From contig DATMWB010000014.1 of NCBI GenBank assembly GCA_035562735.1, positions 1 to 54,210 of the forward strand: 54,210 nt of DNA, in the 5' to 3' direction. Of this stretch, positions 34,228 through 44,468 are shown in pieces (the first letter of the stretch is position 1; each line of letters begins with the position of its first letter). Made by a program: the position numbers and the translations under genes. The notes under the pieces were generated by a model, which made no database searches, was not told the origin of the DNA, and worked only from the letters and a program-made list of their open reading frames with translations. Source of the DNA: Candidatus Methanoperedens sp. Lineage in GTDB: Bacteria > Patescibacteriota > Microgenomatia > UBA12405.

Positions 34228-34971
34228 TTACGTTGTTTTCTTTAGGATAAAGATGGCGATGTTTGGTATCTGGCTGGCTTTAGCTAAGACTCTTGTTGAG
34301 TTATTTTTTGATTGTGGTTCAAGAAATTGAACAAGGGAAAATTTATTTTTTGAAAAAATATCAATATAATTTTGTAAAGTTCTGTGAATATAGTGGGTCA
34401 TTACTCCGTTATATATTTCTTTAATATATGTTTTTTCTTCAAAGTATTTACCGATTTGATATGGTTTATTGTCTTGTTCCATAAACCAGCGATAATTTTC
34501 TTGGTGATAAAAACAAGGGTGGGGGATGATTATAATAAGGTGTCCGTTTGAGTCTAAATATTGAGAAACATTATTAAGGGTGATGTCTATTTTTTTAAGA
34601 TAGGTAAAGACTAAATTTGAAACCACTAATTTAAATTTTGGTTTATCCTTGTGGTTACTGTCCTTTTTTTCGATATCTTGGATCCAATAATCTATCTTTG
34701 GTGAATGGTTTTTGGCGGCATTGATCATTTCAGGGGACAAATCACAGCCAAAAGTATGCCTCTTTTGGGCAGATATTTGACGAGTAAGAAAACCCTCACC
34801 GCAACCAAGATCAAGAACTTTGTCCCCAACCTTGGTATATTTTTTTAATATTTTCAAAATTGCGGGAACAATTATTTGGGTGTATGGTGAAGGGTAGTTG
34901 TCTGTATTATCGAGGAGCTTTATGTATCCGTCACAATCTTTTTCCCAATATTTTTTACTTAGTGAGGTCAT
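34228..34971 (-). CDS. Class I SAM-dependent methyltransferase
   Basis: VLDLGCGEGFLT motif I; GCDLSPEMI; LDSNGHLIIIIPHP. Confidence 0.8.
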   Translation of the reverse strand: MTSLSKKYWEKDCDGYIKLLDNTDNYPSPYTQIIVPAILKILKKYTKVGDKVLDLGCGEGFLTRQISAQKRHTFGCDLSPEMINAAKNHSPKIDYWIQDIEKKDSNHKDKPKFKLVVSNLVFTYLKKIDITLNNVSQYLDSNGHLIIIIPHPCFYHQENYRWFMEQDNKPYQIGKYFEEKTYIKEIYNGVMTHYIHRTLQNYIDIFSKNKFSLVQFLEPQSKNNSTRVLAKASQIPNIAIFILKKTT

Positions 34972-35024
34972 GTTCCATCATTATAGTCGATGAATGTCAT
35001 TTTGTGGTAAGATTTTTCAAATAA

Positions 35025-36524
35025 ATGAAAGTATTACTTATATATCCACCGGTGACTTGTGTAGGGTCCGGTTTGGTGGTTACTTCACATGCGCCAATGG
35101 GATTGATGTATTTGTCTTCATATATTAGACAAGTTGGGCATGAAGTGAAATTGTTGGATGCATTGGCTGACGGAAAAGATAAGGTCATTAAAACAAGGAA
35201 TGGAGTACGTTTAGGAATGACATGGTCTCAAATAAAGAAAAATATTGATAAATTTGGACCGGAGGTTGTGGGTTTGAGTGTAATGTTTACTGCATATTAT
35301 GAGGATGCTCTTGATTTGGCAAAAAAGATAAAAAAACACTATCCAAAAGTTAAGATTGTTTTTGGCGGTTCTCATGTTAGTACCAATCCCTGGTTATCGA
35401 TGAAGGATAAGGTAATTGACTATATAGTTTATGGTGAGGGGGAATTAACTTTTGAGAAGTTGTTAAAAACGTTGGAAAGTAAAAAGAAAGATTTTTCAAA
35501 GATATATGGCTTGGCATATAGGTTGAAGAGAAAGACAGTAGTAAATAGACCGGCTGAGTTGATAAAAGATTTGGATATCTTACCTTTTCCAGATTGGAAT
35601 ATGCTTAATTTGAAAAATTATGAGCTGGGTGATGAGTCGCAGGTGATGAGAAAACCATGTTTTAGTGTAGAAACATCAAGAGGTTGCCCCAATCATTGTA
35701 TGTACTGCTCATCTTTTGCGGTATGGAGGCACCAATGGAGAGGGAGAAGTCCAAAAAATGTGTTGGATGAGATAGAAAATTTGGTTAGAAATTTTGGAGC
35801 TCGAGAAATTGCTTTTTATGATGATAGTATGTCGGTTGATAGAAAAAGAATGGTTGAAATATGCAAAGGAATAATAAAAAGAAAACTTGATATTAAGTGG
35901 ACCCCTCCAAATGGCATAGCCCACTGGACATTAGATAAAGAATTATTGGTATTAATGAAAAAATCAGGTTGTTATAAGATAACTTTTGGAATTGAATCGG
36001 GGGATCCCGAGACCAGAAGGTGGGTAGGAAAACCATATGATTTAAATCAAGCCAAGGAATTAACAAAATTTGCCAATGATATTGGCTATTGGACTTTGGC
36101 GACAAATATCATTGGTTTTCCTTATGAAACAAGGGGGCAAATAAGAAAAACTTTGGACTATGCAATTGATTCTGGGGTGGATACGGCATTGTTTTTCAGG
36201 CTGGGGTTGAGGCCAGGGGCACCGGTATATGGGATATTTGAGAAGGAGGGTTGGTTACCAAAAGACAAAAAAGTTTTATTTACAGAAAATTTATCATTGG
36301 ATACAAAGTATATAAAGGGTAGCGAGTTGGTGGAATTACAACAGAGAATGTATGAAGAATTTATGAGAAAAAGATGGGGGAGTATTTCCGTGGTAGTTAA
36401 ATTGTTAAAAAAGATTAGATCAATAGAGGATATGTTTTATACTCTCAAACAAATGAAATATATATATGACTTTAGAAGTGGTTGGGTTGGGCGCAGGTCA
36501 GGAGTTATTTCGAAAAGAGTGTAG
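35025..36524 (+). CDS. B12-binding-domain radical SAM protein (class B)
   Basis: N-terminal Rossmann-like B12 domain (KVLLIYPP...GLMYLSSYIRQVGHEVKLLD), then ETSRGCPNHCMYCS (CxxxCxxC). Confidence 0.85.
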   Translation: MKVLLIYPPVTCVGSGLVVTSHAPMGLMYLSSYIRQVGHEVKLLDALADGKDKVIKTRNGVRLGMTWSQIKKNIDKFGPEVVGLSVMFTAYYEDALDLAKKIKKHYPKVKIVFGGSHVSTNPWLSMKDKVIDYIVYGEGELTFEKLLKTLESKKKDFSKIYGLAYRLKRKTVVNRPAELIKDLDILPFPDWNMLNLKNYELGDESQVMRKPCFSVETSRGCPNHCMYCSSFAVWRHQWRGRSPKNVLDEIENLVRNFGAREIAFYDDSMSVDRKRMVEICKGIIKRKLDIKWTPPNGIAHWTLDKELLVLMKKSGCYKITFGIESGDPETRRWVGKPYDLNQAKELTKFANDIGYWTLATNIIGFPYETRGQIRKTLDYAIDSGVDTALFFRLGLRPGAPVYGIFEKEGWLPKDKKVLFTENLSLDTKYIKGSELVELQQRMYEEFMRKRWGSISVVVKLLKKIRSIEDMFYTLKQMKYIYDFRSGWVGRRSGVISKRV

Positions 36525-37146
36525 ACAATTCCCAGATGGGAATTGCTTTAAATCCATATTTTTTGGCAGGTAAAATATCATGGCTTATTGAGTCACCGAC
36601 AAAGAGGTGACGAAATTTTGCAGCATTGGTAAAATCAAGGATTTGCTCGAATATTTTTGAGTTTGGTTTTAGAAGTTTAGTGTTGTCGCGAGCAAAGATT
36701 TTTTCGAAAGGTCCAGTATTTTTTTCTTTGGTGTTAAAGCCAATTTTTTTTAAACAGGAAAGAACTTCGGAAGTAGTGGAGTTGGTAAGTATTAGGTGAT
36801 GATATCGATCTTGTGATGCTTCAATTTGCTTGACTAAAGATAAGTTTTTTTTGAGATATTTGCTTTTATTTATTTTTGAATCGACAATGTCTAGTACTTT
36901 AATTTCTAGAGTAGAAGTGAGATGGGCAGCTGCAGCGGACCAAGAACCAAATTTTTCACTTATCTTTTTGAAGGAATTTGTGGAAAGAGTTTTATTTTTT
37001 TTCTTGGCAACTAAATAAAACTCTTGGAAAAGGTCATGACCTAGCTTTTTATTTTCGTATAAAGTGCCATCAAAATCCCAGACAATATATTTGGTGGTAT
37101 TTCGAATAATAAAAGAATTCAAATTATTTAAAGAAAACCTTATCAT
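36505..37146 (-). CDS. HAD-superfamily hydrolase
   Basis: Motif I IVWDFDGTLY, motif II LILTNST, motif IV FVGDSISHDI. Confidence 0.7.
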   Translation of the reverse strand: MIRFSLNNLNSFIIRNTTKYIVWDFDGTLYENKKLGHDLFQEFYLVAKKKNKTLSTNSFKKISEKFGSWSAAAAHLTSTLEIKVLDIVDSKINKSKYLKKNLSLVKQIEASQDRYHHLILTNSTTSEVLSCLKKIGFNTKEKNTGPFEKIFARDNTKLLKPNSKIFEQILDFTNAAKFRHLFVGDSISHDILPAKKYGFKAIPIWELSTLFSK

Positions 37147-37149
37147 TGG

Positions 37150-38283
37150 TTAAATACGAGGTATGTTATCTCGAGTTGTATTTGGAGAAACGACAACAAC
37201 TTCGGTGTTTTTTCTAATTTCATCGAGATTCTTACAGCCGAGATACCACATGGAACGACGTAGTCCACCAACGAGTTCTCCAACAATTTGGATAACACTA
37301 CCCTTATAGGGGATTAGGCCAGAAACGCCTTCATGAGTAAAACTAAAGGGCTGACTGTAACTGGATACAAAATGATTTTTGTTTGATGATGGATAATGGA
37401 TTATTTTTTTTATGATTGTTTTTATAAGCTGGAGATAGTTGATAGGAGATAATTTGGGTTTGTATTCAGTTTGGTTGCTGCACATACCAGCAGAAAATTT
37501 ATAATTTTGGCCATTCCTGGTGATAATTGGACCTGGGCATTCGTCTGTACCTGAAAAAAGACCACCAATCATTACTGCACTGGCACCAAATGCAATGGCC
37601 TTGGTAATATCGCCAGCATGTTCGATTCCCGTATCAGAAATTAGGGGGACATTGTATTTTTTGGCTATTTGATAGCAATCTAGAACTGCACTTAGTTGAG
37701 GTCGACCAACGCCGGTAACTAGTCTGGTGGTACAGTGAGAACCACCACCAATGCCAACTCGAATACTATCGGCCCCAGCCTTGATTAAGGCTTCGGTGGC
37801 TTTGCCGGTGACAACAAGAGCAACACATACTTGGGCGGAGGGGTGTTTCTTTTTGATTTTTTTTAAAAAGTTAATTGTTTGTAGGTTTTCAGCTTGAGCG
37901 GTTTCAATACATATCAAATCAGTTTTTAGTTTTAGTAAACGCGAAACATGTTGTAGTCCTTTTGGGGAAAAATCAGAAACTGATACTGCAATTTTTACAT
38001 GATGTTTTTTAATTTCTTTGACTTGTTGAAGTTGTTTTTTAAAGCTTTGAAAACAATGCAAAAATGCTATACCACCAAGTTTTCCTAGGGCGATAGCCAT
38101 CTTTGTTTCACTAATATTTGGCATTGGTGACGAGCAAATAGGGATATCAATTTCAAGATTTTTTGAAATTTTTGTTTTTAAATTTGTTTTTATAGTGTCT
38201 TCGATCATTGAAAAATCAGAATAAGCTGGCAGGAGTAAGACATCATTAAAAGTTAATTCAGGAGTATTTGAAAGTATTTTCAT
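37150..38283 (-). CDS. IMP dehydrogenase / GMP reductase family oxidoreductase lacking the CBS subdomain
   Basis: [41 protein letters not shown], catalytic-loop [35 protein letters not shown]. At 377 aa there is no Bateman insert. Confidence 0.8.
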   Translation of the reverse strand: MKILSNTPELTFNDVLLLPAYSDFSMIEDTIKTNLKTKISKNLEIDIPICSSPMPNISETKMAIALGKLGGIAFLHCFQSFKKQLQQVKEIKKHHVKIAVSVSDFSPKGLQHVSRLLKLKTDLICIETAQAENLQTINFLKKIKKKHPSAQVCVALVVTGKATEALIKAGADSIRVGIGGGSHCTTRLVTGVGRPQLSAVLDCYQIAKKYNVPLISDTGIEHAGDITKAIAFGASAVMIGGLFSGTDECPGPIITRNGQNYKFSAGMCSNQTEYKPKLSPINYLQLIKTIIKKIIHYPSSNKNHFVSSYSQPFSFTHEGVSGLIPYKGSVIQIVGELVGGLRRSMWYLGCKNLDEIRKNTEVVVVSPNTTRDNIPRI

Positions 38284-38315
38284 ATAGATAGAAAAGAGTA
38301 TACCAGCTTAAAAAT

Positions 38316-39476
38316 TTATATAAAAATTGACCTTGGTTTTTTGAAGATAAAATCAGGACTTTGGTTTAGGTTGTATGCTCCGATGGCGAAAAAAATAACA
38401 AAGTCGTTTGGAAAAAGGGGAGGAAGGATATCTTGGTAGAGTAGGTCAGATTCTTGACAGGTACAACCAAAAATTTTGGTAGAAAGAACTTTTGAGGAGA
38501 TATTCTGCTGGGGAGAAAAATCTTGATTGTAAGTTTTAATAATTAATTTATGATACCAGGCCGACGGAAGCATGTTGATGGTTGTGTCTAGAGTGACTGA
38601 CTGGGAATTAGCACTTAATTTTGAGTCAATTACTTTACTGACCATGATAGTTGAATCATCAACTAAAAAACGTCCTGGTTCAATAATGAGGGAGATTTTT
38701 CTATTTATGTGTTTTTTTAAGGGTATTGAGATTGCATCAATATATCTTTTTATATCAGGTTGGGATTGAACCTCTGAACCGGGAATAATGGAGTGTGATG
38801 GAAAGCCACCACCAAAGTCGATATATTTTAGAGTATTTTGTGATAGATATTTGGAAATAAAGCTGGAGACGATGTTGGAATATTTCTGATATGTTTTTGG
38901 TTGGTGGATGTCACTGCCGATATGAATGTGAAGACCACTTAATGGAATATGGTGTTCATGAAGTAAGGATATGGCTTTTTTTGCATCTCCTGATTCGATA
39001 TTAAAGCCAAAACGACTTGGATGAAAGTCGGAATTAATTCTAATGCCGATTTTAGCATTAATATTTTTTTTATATTCAAATAAGGATTTTAATTCCGTAA
39101 AGTTGTCTATATTTATAGTTAGTGGTTGAGATAGAATTTGGTGAAGATTGCCTTTATTTGGGCCATTAAAGATAATTGACTCGTAGGAATACTTTTGTTT
39201 TAGAGCCATTTCTAGCTCAAATTTGGAAACAACTTCAGATAACTGAAAATTGAAATTTTTAGCTATGTCGTAATTTGTTTTATAAGAATAAGCAACCTTT
39301 ACATTTTTTGGAATTTGATTTAAACGTTTTTTGATAATATCTTTGTCGGTAATGAAAACTGGAGTTTGGTAATAATTTTTCAATATGTTTTTTGTAGTTT
39401 TAGGATGGTCAACAATATTTGGAAAATATGAAAAATCAATTGGTAGAGAACTTTTTTTGAGAAAGGCTAATTTCAT
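38316..39476 (-). CDS. PLP-dependent decarboxylase, Orn/DAP/Arg decarboxylase family (fold type III)
   Basis: VAYSYKTNY (PLP lysine), LHIHIGSD, IDFGGGFP, IIEPGRFLV, FGCTCQESDLL. Confidence 0.75.
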   Translation of the reverse strand: MKLAFLKKSSLPIDFSYFPNIVDHPKTTKNILKNYYQTPVFITDKDIIKKRLNQIPKNVKVAYSYKTNYDIAKNFNFQLSEVVSKFELEMALKQKYSYESIIFNGPNKGNLHQILSQPLTINIDNFTELKSLFEYKKNINAKIGIRINSDFHPSRFGFNIESGDAKKAISLLHEHHIPLSGLHIHIGSDIHQPKTYQKYSNIVSSFISKYLSQNTLKYIDFGGGFPSHSIIPGSEVQSQPDIKRYIDAISIPLKKHINRKISLIIEPGRFLVDDSTIMVSKVIDSKLSANSQSVTLDTTINMLPSAWYHKLIIKTYNQDFSPQQNISSKVLSTKIFGCTCQESDLLYQDILPPLFPNDFVIFFAIGAYNLNQSPDFIFKKPRSIFI

Positions 39477-39504
39477 GTAATTGAATGTATTATAATGGAG
39501 ATTA

Positions 39505-40179
39505 ATGTTTGATTGGAGTTCTGATAGAAATTTAGTAAATAAAGAGAATACCGAAAAGTTTATTAGGTATTTTGCCCGTGAAGATGTTTGGCACCATCAG
39601 GATATTAGTAAAGGAGGCTTGGGATATGGTTGGGTCCATTATTCGTTAATTAGATTGATAAAAGCTAAAAATATTTTATGTGTGGGAAGTAGATGGGGAT
39701 TTATACCAGCGGTGTGTGCCTTGGCATGTAAAGATAGTAACTATGGCCAGGTGAATTTTGTTGATGCGGCATATGATATGGATGATTATGGAAAGGTTGC
39801 GGGGAAACACTGGGGTGGTCAGGGTTTTTGGAAGAAATGTAATCCAAAAAAATATTTTGGTAAATTTGGCTTAGAAAAATACATTTCTTTGCATGTCATG
39901 ACTACTATAGAATATGCTTCAAAATATAAAAAGGAAAAATATGCTTATGTGCATATTGATGGGGATCACTCCTATGAGGGAGTAAAACAGGATTTTGAAT
40001 TATTTTGGAAAAAAGTAGTGAAAGGTGGATTTTTGGTAATACATGATGTTTTTAGTCCAGATAAAGATGGAAATGTATATGGTACGAGAAAATTTTGGGA
40101 AGAAATTAAAAAGAGTGGAAAATATAAATTGATTGAGATTCGAGAAGATCCGGGAGTGGGAATTATTCAAAAAGATTGA
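39505..40179 (+). CDS. Class I SAM-dependent methyltransferase (Methyltransf_24/CmcI-like)
   Basis: ILCVGSRWGF..., YVHIDGDHSYEGVKQDFELFWKKVVKGGFLVIHDV. Confidence 0.6.
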   Translation: MFDWSSDRNLVNKENTEKFIRYFAREDVWHHQDISKGGLGYGWVHYSLIRLIKAKNILCVGSRWGFIPAVCALACKDSNYGQVNFVDAAYDMDDYGKVAGKHWGGQGFWKKCNPKKYFGKFGLEKYISLHVMTTIEYASKYKKEKYAYVHIDGDHSYEGVKQDFELFWKKVVKGGFLVIHDVFSPDKDGNVYGTRKFWEEIKKSGKYKLIEIREDPGVGIIQKD

Positions 40180-41236
40180 GAGCAGCGGTTTTGTTTCGCC
40201 TAGTGTCGGCTTTGTTACAGACAATAATTTTACAACTTTGTCGACAATTTCGAATATGATCACGTTGGGTTTGAGCTGTCTTACTCCACCAGATGGTTTG
40301 AGGAGTATCTTTTAAGATGTTGCCGATAATTGGGAAGCCAAAACAGAGGCGAATATTGCCCTGATGGTCGATGATAAAGTTGTTGACACCTGCTGCACAG
40401 GGTTGACGACTAAACATATTGGGATTTTGGTAGTAACGAATGGCAGTTTTAAGATCTGAGTGCGAGGTGATAATGATGGGTTCTGACTTAGTAGTTTTAA
40501 TGATTTTTTTTAAAACGGCTGTAATTTTGCTTTTTTGCGGCCAAAGTGGGTTATTTTTTGACATGTGAGTACTACTATTTGGTCCTAGATTCGGAAGAAG
40601 ACATTGAAAGCTAATACCATTAGTCTCATTCTTTTTGGCAATTTTTATTAATTTCTCTAATTCAGCGACATTTTGTTTCATCATAACGGTGTTGATATAT
40701 ATATATGGTTTTGATGGTGTTTCTTGAAGATATTTGATGGCTTTGATGGCTTTACCATAGGTACCTGGTACACCGCGAAGATAATCGTGGGTTTTTGCGG
40801 TTGCACCATCTATAGATATGGAAATGGCATACAAATGATTTTCAACTAGCTTTTTTGCCATTGGTTTATCTAAAAGAGTAGCATTGCTATTAATGTGAGA
40901 AATTATTCCTAGACTATAGGCATAACCAATAATTTTAGGGAGATCTTTGTTCATCAGCGGCTCCCCACCAGTAAAAAAAATGTAGCAGTTGCCAAGCCAA
41001 GAGTGAAGTCTATCAATAATAATTTTAGCTTCATTAAAGGTGAGATGTTTTTCAGGAGGATTTTTCCAAATGTCACATTGTCGACATTTGAGAACACAGT
41101 TTGGAGTTAGATTAAAAATAATTGAGGTGGGTTTATTGAGGGGTTTTTTTAGGTTAAGAGAGGCGTGAATTAGCATGTCTTGCCACCAAGTGGAAACTTC
41201 TATTTGAGCTAGTTTTATTTTTTTGGGAAGGTTCAT
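40163..41236 (-). CDS. Radical SAM protein with a SPASM-type C-terminal domain
   Basis: LTPNCVLKCRQCDIW (CxxxCxxC), FFTGGEPLMN, C-terminal CAAGVNNFIIDHQGNIRLC plus a further Cys pair CRQSCKIIVC. Confidence 0.85.
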   Translation of the reverse strand: MNLPKKIKLAQIEVSTWWQDMLIHASLNLKKPLNKPTSIIFNLTPNCVLKCRQCDIWKNPPEKHLTFNEAKIIIDRLHSWLGNCYIFFTGGEPLMNKDLPKIIGYAYSLGIISHINSNATLLDKPMAKKLVENHLYAISISIDGATAKTHDYLRGVPGTYGKAIKAIKYLQETPSKPYIYINTVMMKQNVAELEKLIKIAKKNETNGISFQCLLPNLGPNSSTHMSKNNPLWPQKSKITAVLKKIIKTTKSEPIIITSHSDLKTAIRYYQNPNMFSRQPCAAGVNNFIIDHQGNIRLCFGFPIIGNILKDTPQTIWWSKTAQTQRDHIRNCRQSCKIIVCNKADTRRNKTAALNLFE

Positions 41237-43095
41237 GTGTGTTTTGGAACTATTTTAAGTAAAGGTTGGAGTGTAATATTCCAATCCAAGTTTCTGTAGA
41301 TTTTTAATGATTCTTGATGTTTTGAAAACCAATACTTTTTTTGAGAATATTTTTTAATCTGTTTGTCAATATTCTTTTCATTATAATAGATGGTGGCCTT
41401 TTTAAGTAGCTCATCTTTTCTCCATTCAGGACATAAAACAGGAAGACCATAGCTAAGATAAAGTAGATGTTTAGCTGAGAAGCCTTCGGAACGAAGTTTG
41501 TCTTGAGATAAAGTTATTAGACCAAGTTGGTAATTTGAAATTGAATCTTCGTTTTTTAAATATGATTTATAGTTGTCTAGTTTTGGATATAAAGTGGGAT
41601 CTGGTTTTTCATAACTGAAAATATCGATTTGATGATGCTGGGAAATATATGACAACATTTTTGGATTGACCCAATATGAATTTAGTTTACCCAGATGAAT
41701 TATTTTGATTGGTTTTTTAAAAACTGAGATTGAAGATTGTTTTTGACAACCCCAATTTAAACAAAGAGAATGTTCGGCTTTGAAGCCAAGTCGTATGGCT
41801 AGTTTTTTATAAGTGTACCAGTGAAAGGATGTGTAATCAGATTTTTGAAAAACCATCTTTTCATACTTTTTAAGTATGTTAATGGTATTTTTAGAGAATA
41901 CTTGACTGTGTTCTAGTTCGCTTGAAAAAATAGTGGGGGAGTCATATAAAGTTTTATATGGCCTATTTTGATTTGTAACAATGAGCATGTCTTCGGGGTA
42001 TTGAACAATTGCTAGAGTTGTTTTGTTTTTTTGTAAAAGCCGATTTAGAATCATTGATTTTAAAAGCATGGTTTCAATTAAAAGTAGGGGATAGATATCA
42101 AGCTGATGATAAGTGTAATAACTTTTGAGGAGGCGATATTTTAAAAGGCGCCAACCATAAATAAAAAGGTAGCGACGAGAGGCAATAACTTTTTGAAATT
42201 CTTGATGTGAATCAAGAGTAGTTACATAATGGTGATGTTTTGTCAGAAATTTGAAAAATGCCTGTGACCTTTGTTGGTTGGCTCCGGAATCATTTTTATT
42301 AATGATGGTAATAGGTCTTGGAAAATTTTTATTGTACCCGATAATAAAGGCAATTTTTAGAATAGAGGTAATGGAAAAATTTAATGGGAATATTGAAGGC
42401 TGATAGTTATCAAAGTTACCCCATTTTTTTGTTATTTTTGCCTTGAATTGACCACGGATGTAACTTTTTTTTAGGCTTGAAAAGAGGCTTGAGTTTTCAG
42501 GATGGCTAACAACCATTTGTGGATTATAAGCACTGACAAACTGATATTCTTTTAGTTGTTGGTTAAAGTCAACATCTTCAAATATTTTAAATTTTTGATC
42601 AAAACGAAAATTCTTAATTTTCTGGTGGTTAAAAATTACATTTTTGGTGTCGAGAGGATGAGAAAGATTGAACCATTTTTGATAATTATCATATTGGCAT
42701 TTAGCTATTTGACTCTGCTTATTTAAGAGGATTGTTTTTCCTACAACAAAGGCTACTTTGGAATGTTTTTTTATAAAATCATATGCAGATATTGTCCAGT
42801 TTTTGTAAAGGATACAGTCGTCGTCTATGAATGCTAAATATTTTGTATGACATTTTTTTATTGCTTGATTACGAGCAAGTGGAATGCTGGGTTTTTTAAT
42901 AAAATAATAAGTGGATTGGAGCTTTTTATACTTATGGCAAAGATTTTTGATTTCTTGATGAAAACAATTGTCGATTATTAATACCTTTTGGGGGTGGTGT
43001 GACTGTCTATAAAGACTCTCAAGACATTTTTCAAGTTGTTTTGGTCTTTGATAGGTTACAATGGCGACAGTTAAGTCTTTGATGATGGTTGACAT
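41233..43095 (-). CDS. Two-domain glycosyltransferase: N-terminal GT2 (GT-A) plus a C-terminal GT-B-like domain
   Basis: N-terminal VAIVTYQRPKQLEKCLESLYRQSH, VLIIDN, AFIDDDC (DxD). The C-terminal part ends SEGFSAKHLLYLSYGLPVLCP, resembling the E-x7-E / G-x-PV region of GT4 enzymes. Confidence 0.7.
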   Translation of the reverse strand: MSTIIKDLTVAIVTYQRPKQLEKCLESLYRQSHHPQKVLIIDNCFHQEIKNLCHKYKKLQSTYYFIKKPSIPLARNQAIKKCHTKYLAFIDDDCILYKNWTISAYDFIKKHSKVAFVVGKTILLNKQSQIAKCQYDNYQKWFNLSHPLDTKNVIFNHQKIKNFRFDQKFKIFEDVDFNQQLKEYQFVSAYNPQMVVSHPENSSLFSSLKKSYIRGQFKAKITKKWGNFDNYQPSIFPLNFSITSILKIAFIIGYNKNFPRPITIINKNDSGANQQRSQAFFKFLTKHHHYVTTLDSHQEFQKVIASRRYLFIYGWRLLKYRLLKSYYTYHQLDIYPLLLIETMLLKSMILNRLLQKNKTTLAIVQYPEDMLIVTNQNRPYKTLYDSPTIFSSELEHSQVFSKNTINILKKYEKMVFQKSDYTSFHWYTYKKLAIRLGFKAEHSLCLNWGCQKQSSISVFKKPIKIIHLGKLNSYWVNPKMLSYISQHHQIDIFSYEKPDPTLYPKLDNYKSYLKNEDSISNYQLGLITLSQDKLRSEGFSAKHLLYLSYGLPVLCPEWRKDELLKKATIYYNEKNIDKQIKKYSQKKYWFSKHQESLKIYRNLDWNITLQPLLKIVPKHT

Positions 43096-44468
43096 TGAGA
43101 GTTAATAAAACCAAGAGTAAACATAAATAAATCAAAACTTGGATCTAAATTTAGTAAAGGATGGAATTGACTGCTAATTAGAAAGGTCATGGCCCCGACG
43201 ATAGCTCCAAAGCATATTAGATATGAAGAGGGTTTTATTTTTTTAAAAAATATTGATTTGAAGACAAAAAAGATAAAAAATGAAGCAGCAAAAATGCCAA
43301 GTTCGGAAGTAATAATTAATAGGGTGTTGTGAACGGGGACGATAAAACCGTCAAGATTTTTGGGTAATTTTTGCTCAATAAGATAGTTGGTAAAGTTATT
43401 TAAACCGACTCCTAAGGGATGTTGACTAACCATAATTAAGCTTTGCCACATTAGCTCTAATCTAATGGAAGCATTGCCATTGTCTTCAAATATTTTGGTA
43501 ATTGATTGAATTCTACTGGCGATAATAATTATGGAAATGGCTATAAATATTGAAAGAATAATTTTCCCCCATTTTTTGGAAATTAGAGGTAAATATTTGT
43601 TTTTTATATTTGGAAAAAGCATAATGAGGGAAAGTAAAAGTGTGAACCAAACAGAGCGACTATTTGTGCCAAGCATTGTAATAATTCCGATAAGTGATAT
43701 TGGAAGGGTCATGGCGTAGTTTGTGTAAATTCCATAACTTATAAATATTGGTAAAAGAATAGACATAAAACTACCAAAGTAAACTGGGTGAGAAATAAAT
43801 CCAGAGACACGGTATTGTGCTAATCCATCAGTTGTTGAATAACCTTGATCTTCACTAAAAGAGGGTGTTAGTTCAATGAATTTTCCGAGTGGTCTTTGTT
43901 TGATTATTTGATTAAACCCAATAAGAGTGGAAAAAATGAATATTGAACTGACAATGATAGGAAATAGATTAAATTTTTGTTTAAAAAATATTTTGGCTGA
44001 AAAATATATGAAGACTGAAAGCCAAAGTCTGAGTAAGCCGAGGAAGGTGATGGTTGAAGAGAAAAATATGGTATTTATACAAGCGATACTAAAAAAAATA
44101 ATTAATGGCCAGTCGTCTTTGAAGGAAGGTAAAGAAATTTTTTTGTAGTTGATGATTAGAAGGAGAAACAAAAATAAGGCGAAAATTAGTTTTAAATTTA
44201 ATCCAAAATAAAAAGAATATCCAGATGTGGGGACACCAACAAAGAGAGGATTTGTTACTTCAAATAGCCACTCACGAAGATTATTTTCAAAAGGTAGAGA
44301 GAGGAAAAAAGTTATAAGGGTGGTGTTTATCAACGAAAATTTAAAATAAAGGAAGAGTATTGCTGGAGCTAATAAGAAAATTAAAATGTATGATTTTACG
44401 TTAAATATAACGAAAAATAGTAAGTAAAATCCGCTTAGAAAAAGAAAAAGTCGCTGGTTATTTGACAT
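43071..44468 (-). CDS. O-antigen ligase / Wzy-like polytopic membrane protein
   Basis: More than 10 TM helices. GTNSRSVWFTLLLS and PVHNTLLIITSELGIF are typical of the Wzy_C/O-antigen ligase domain. The start is set at MSNNQ (44468) to minimise overlap. Confidence 0.7.
   Translation of the reverse strand: MSNNQRLFLFLSGFYLLFFVIFNVKSYILIFLLAPAILFLYFKFSLINTTLITFFLSLPFENNLREWLFEVTNPLFVGVPTSGYSFYFGLNLKLIFALFLFLLLIINYKKISLPSFKDDWPLIIFFSIACINTIFFSSTITFLGLLRLWLSVFIYFSAKIFFKQKFNLFPIIVSSIFIFSTLIGFNQIIKQRPLGKFIELTPSFSEDQGYSTTDGLAQYRVSGFISHPVYFGSFMSILLPIFISYGIYTNYAMTLPISLIGIITMLGTNSRSVWFTLLLSLIMLFPNIKNKYLPLISKKWGKIILSIFIAISIIIIASRIQSITKIFEDNGNASIRLELMWQSLIMVSQHPLGVGLNNFTNYLIEQKLPKNLDGFIVPVHNTLLIITSELGIFAASFFIFFVFKSIFFKKIKPSSYLICFGAIVGAMTFLISSQFHPLLNLDPSFDLFMFTLGFINSQCQPSSKT

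Noticed and set aside
37150-38283. Annotating the IMPDH-family gene as housekeeping guaB
   Set aside because: It lacks the CBS/Bateman subdomain and is embedded in a co-oriented tailoring operon, so only a family-level call is justified.
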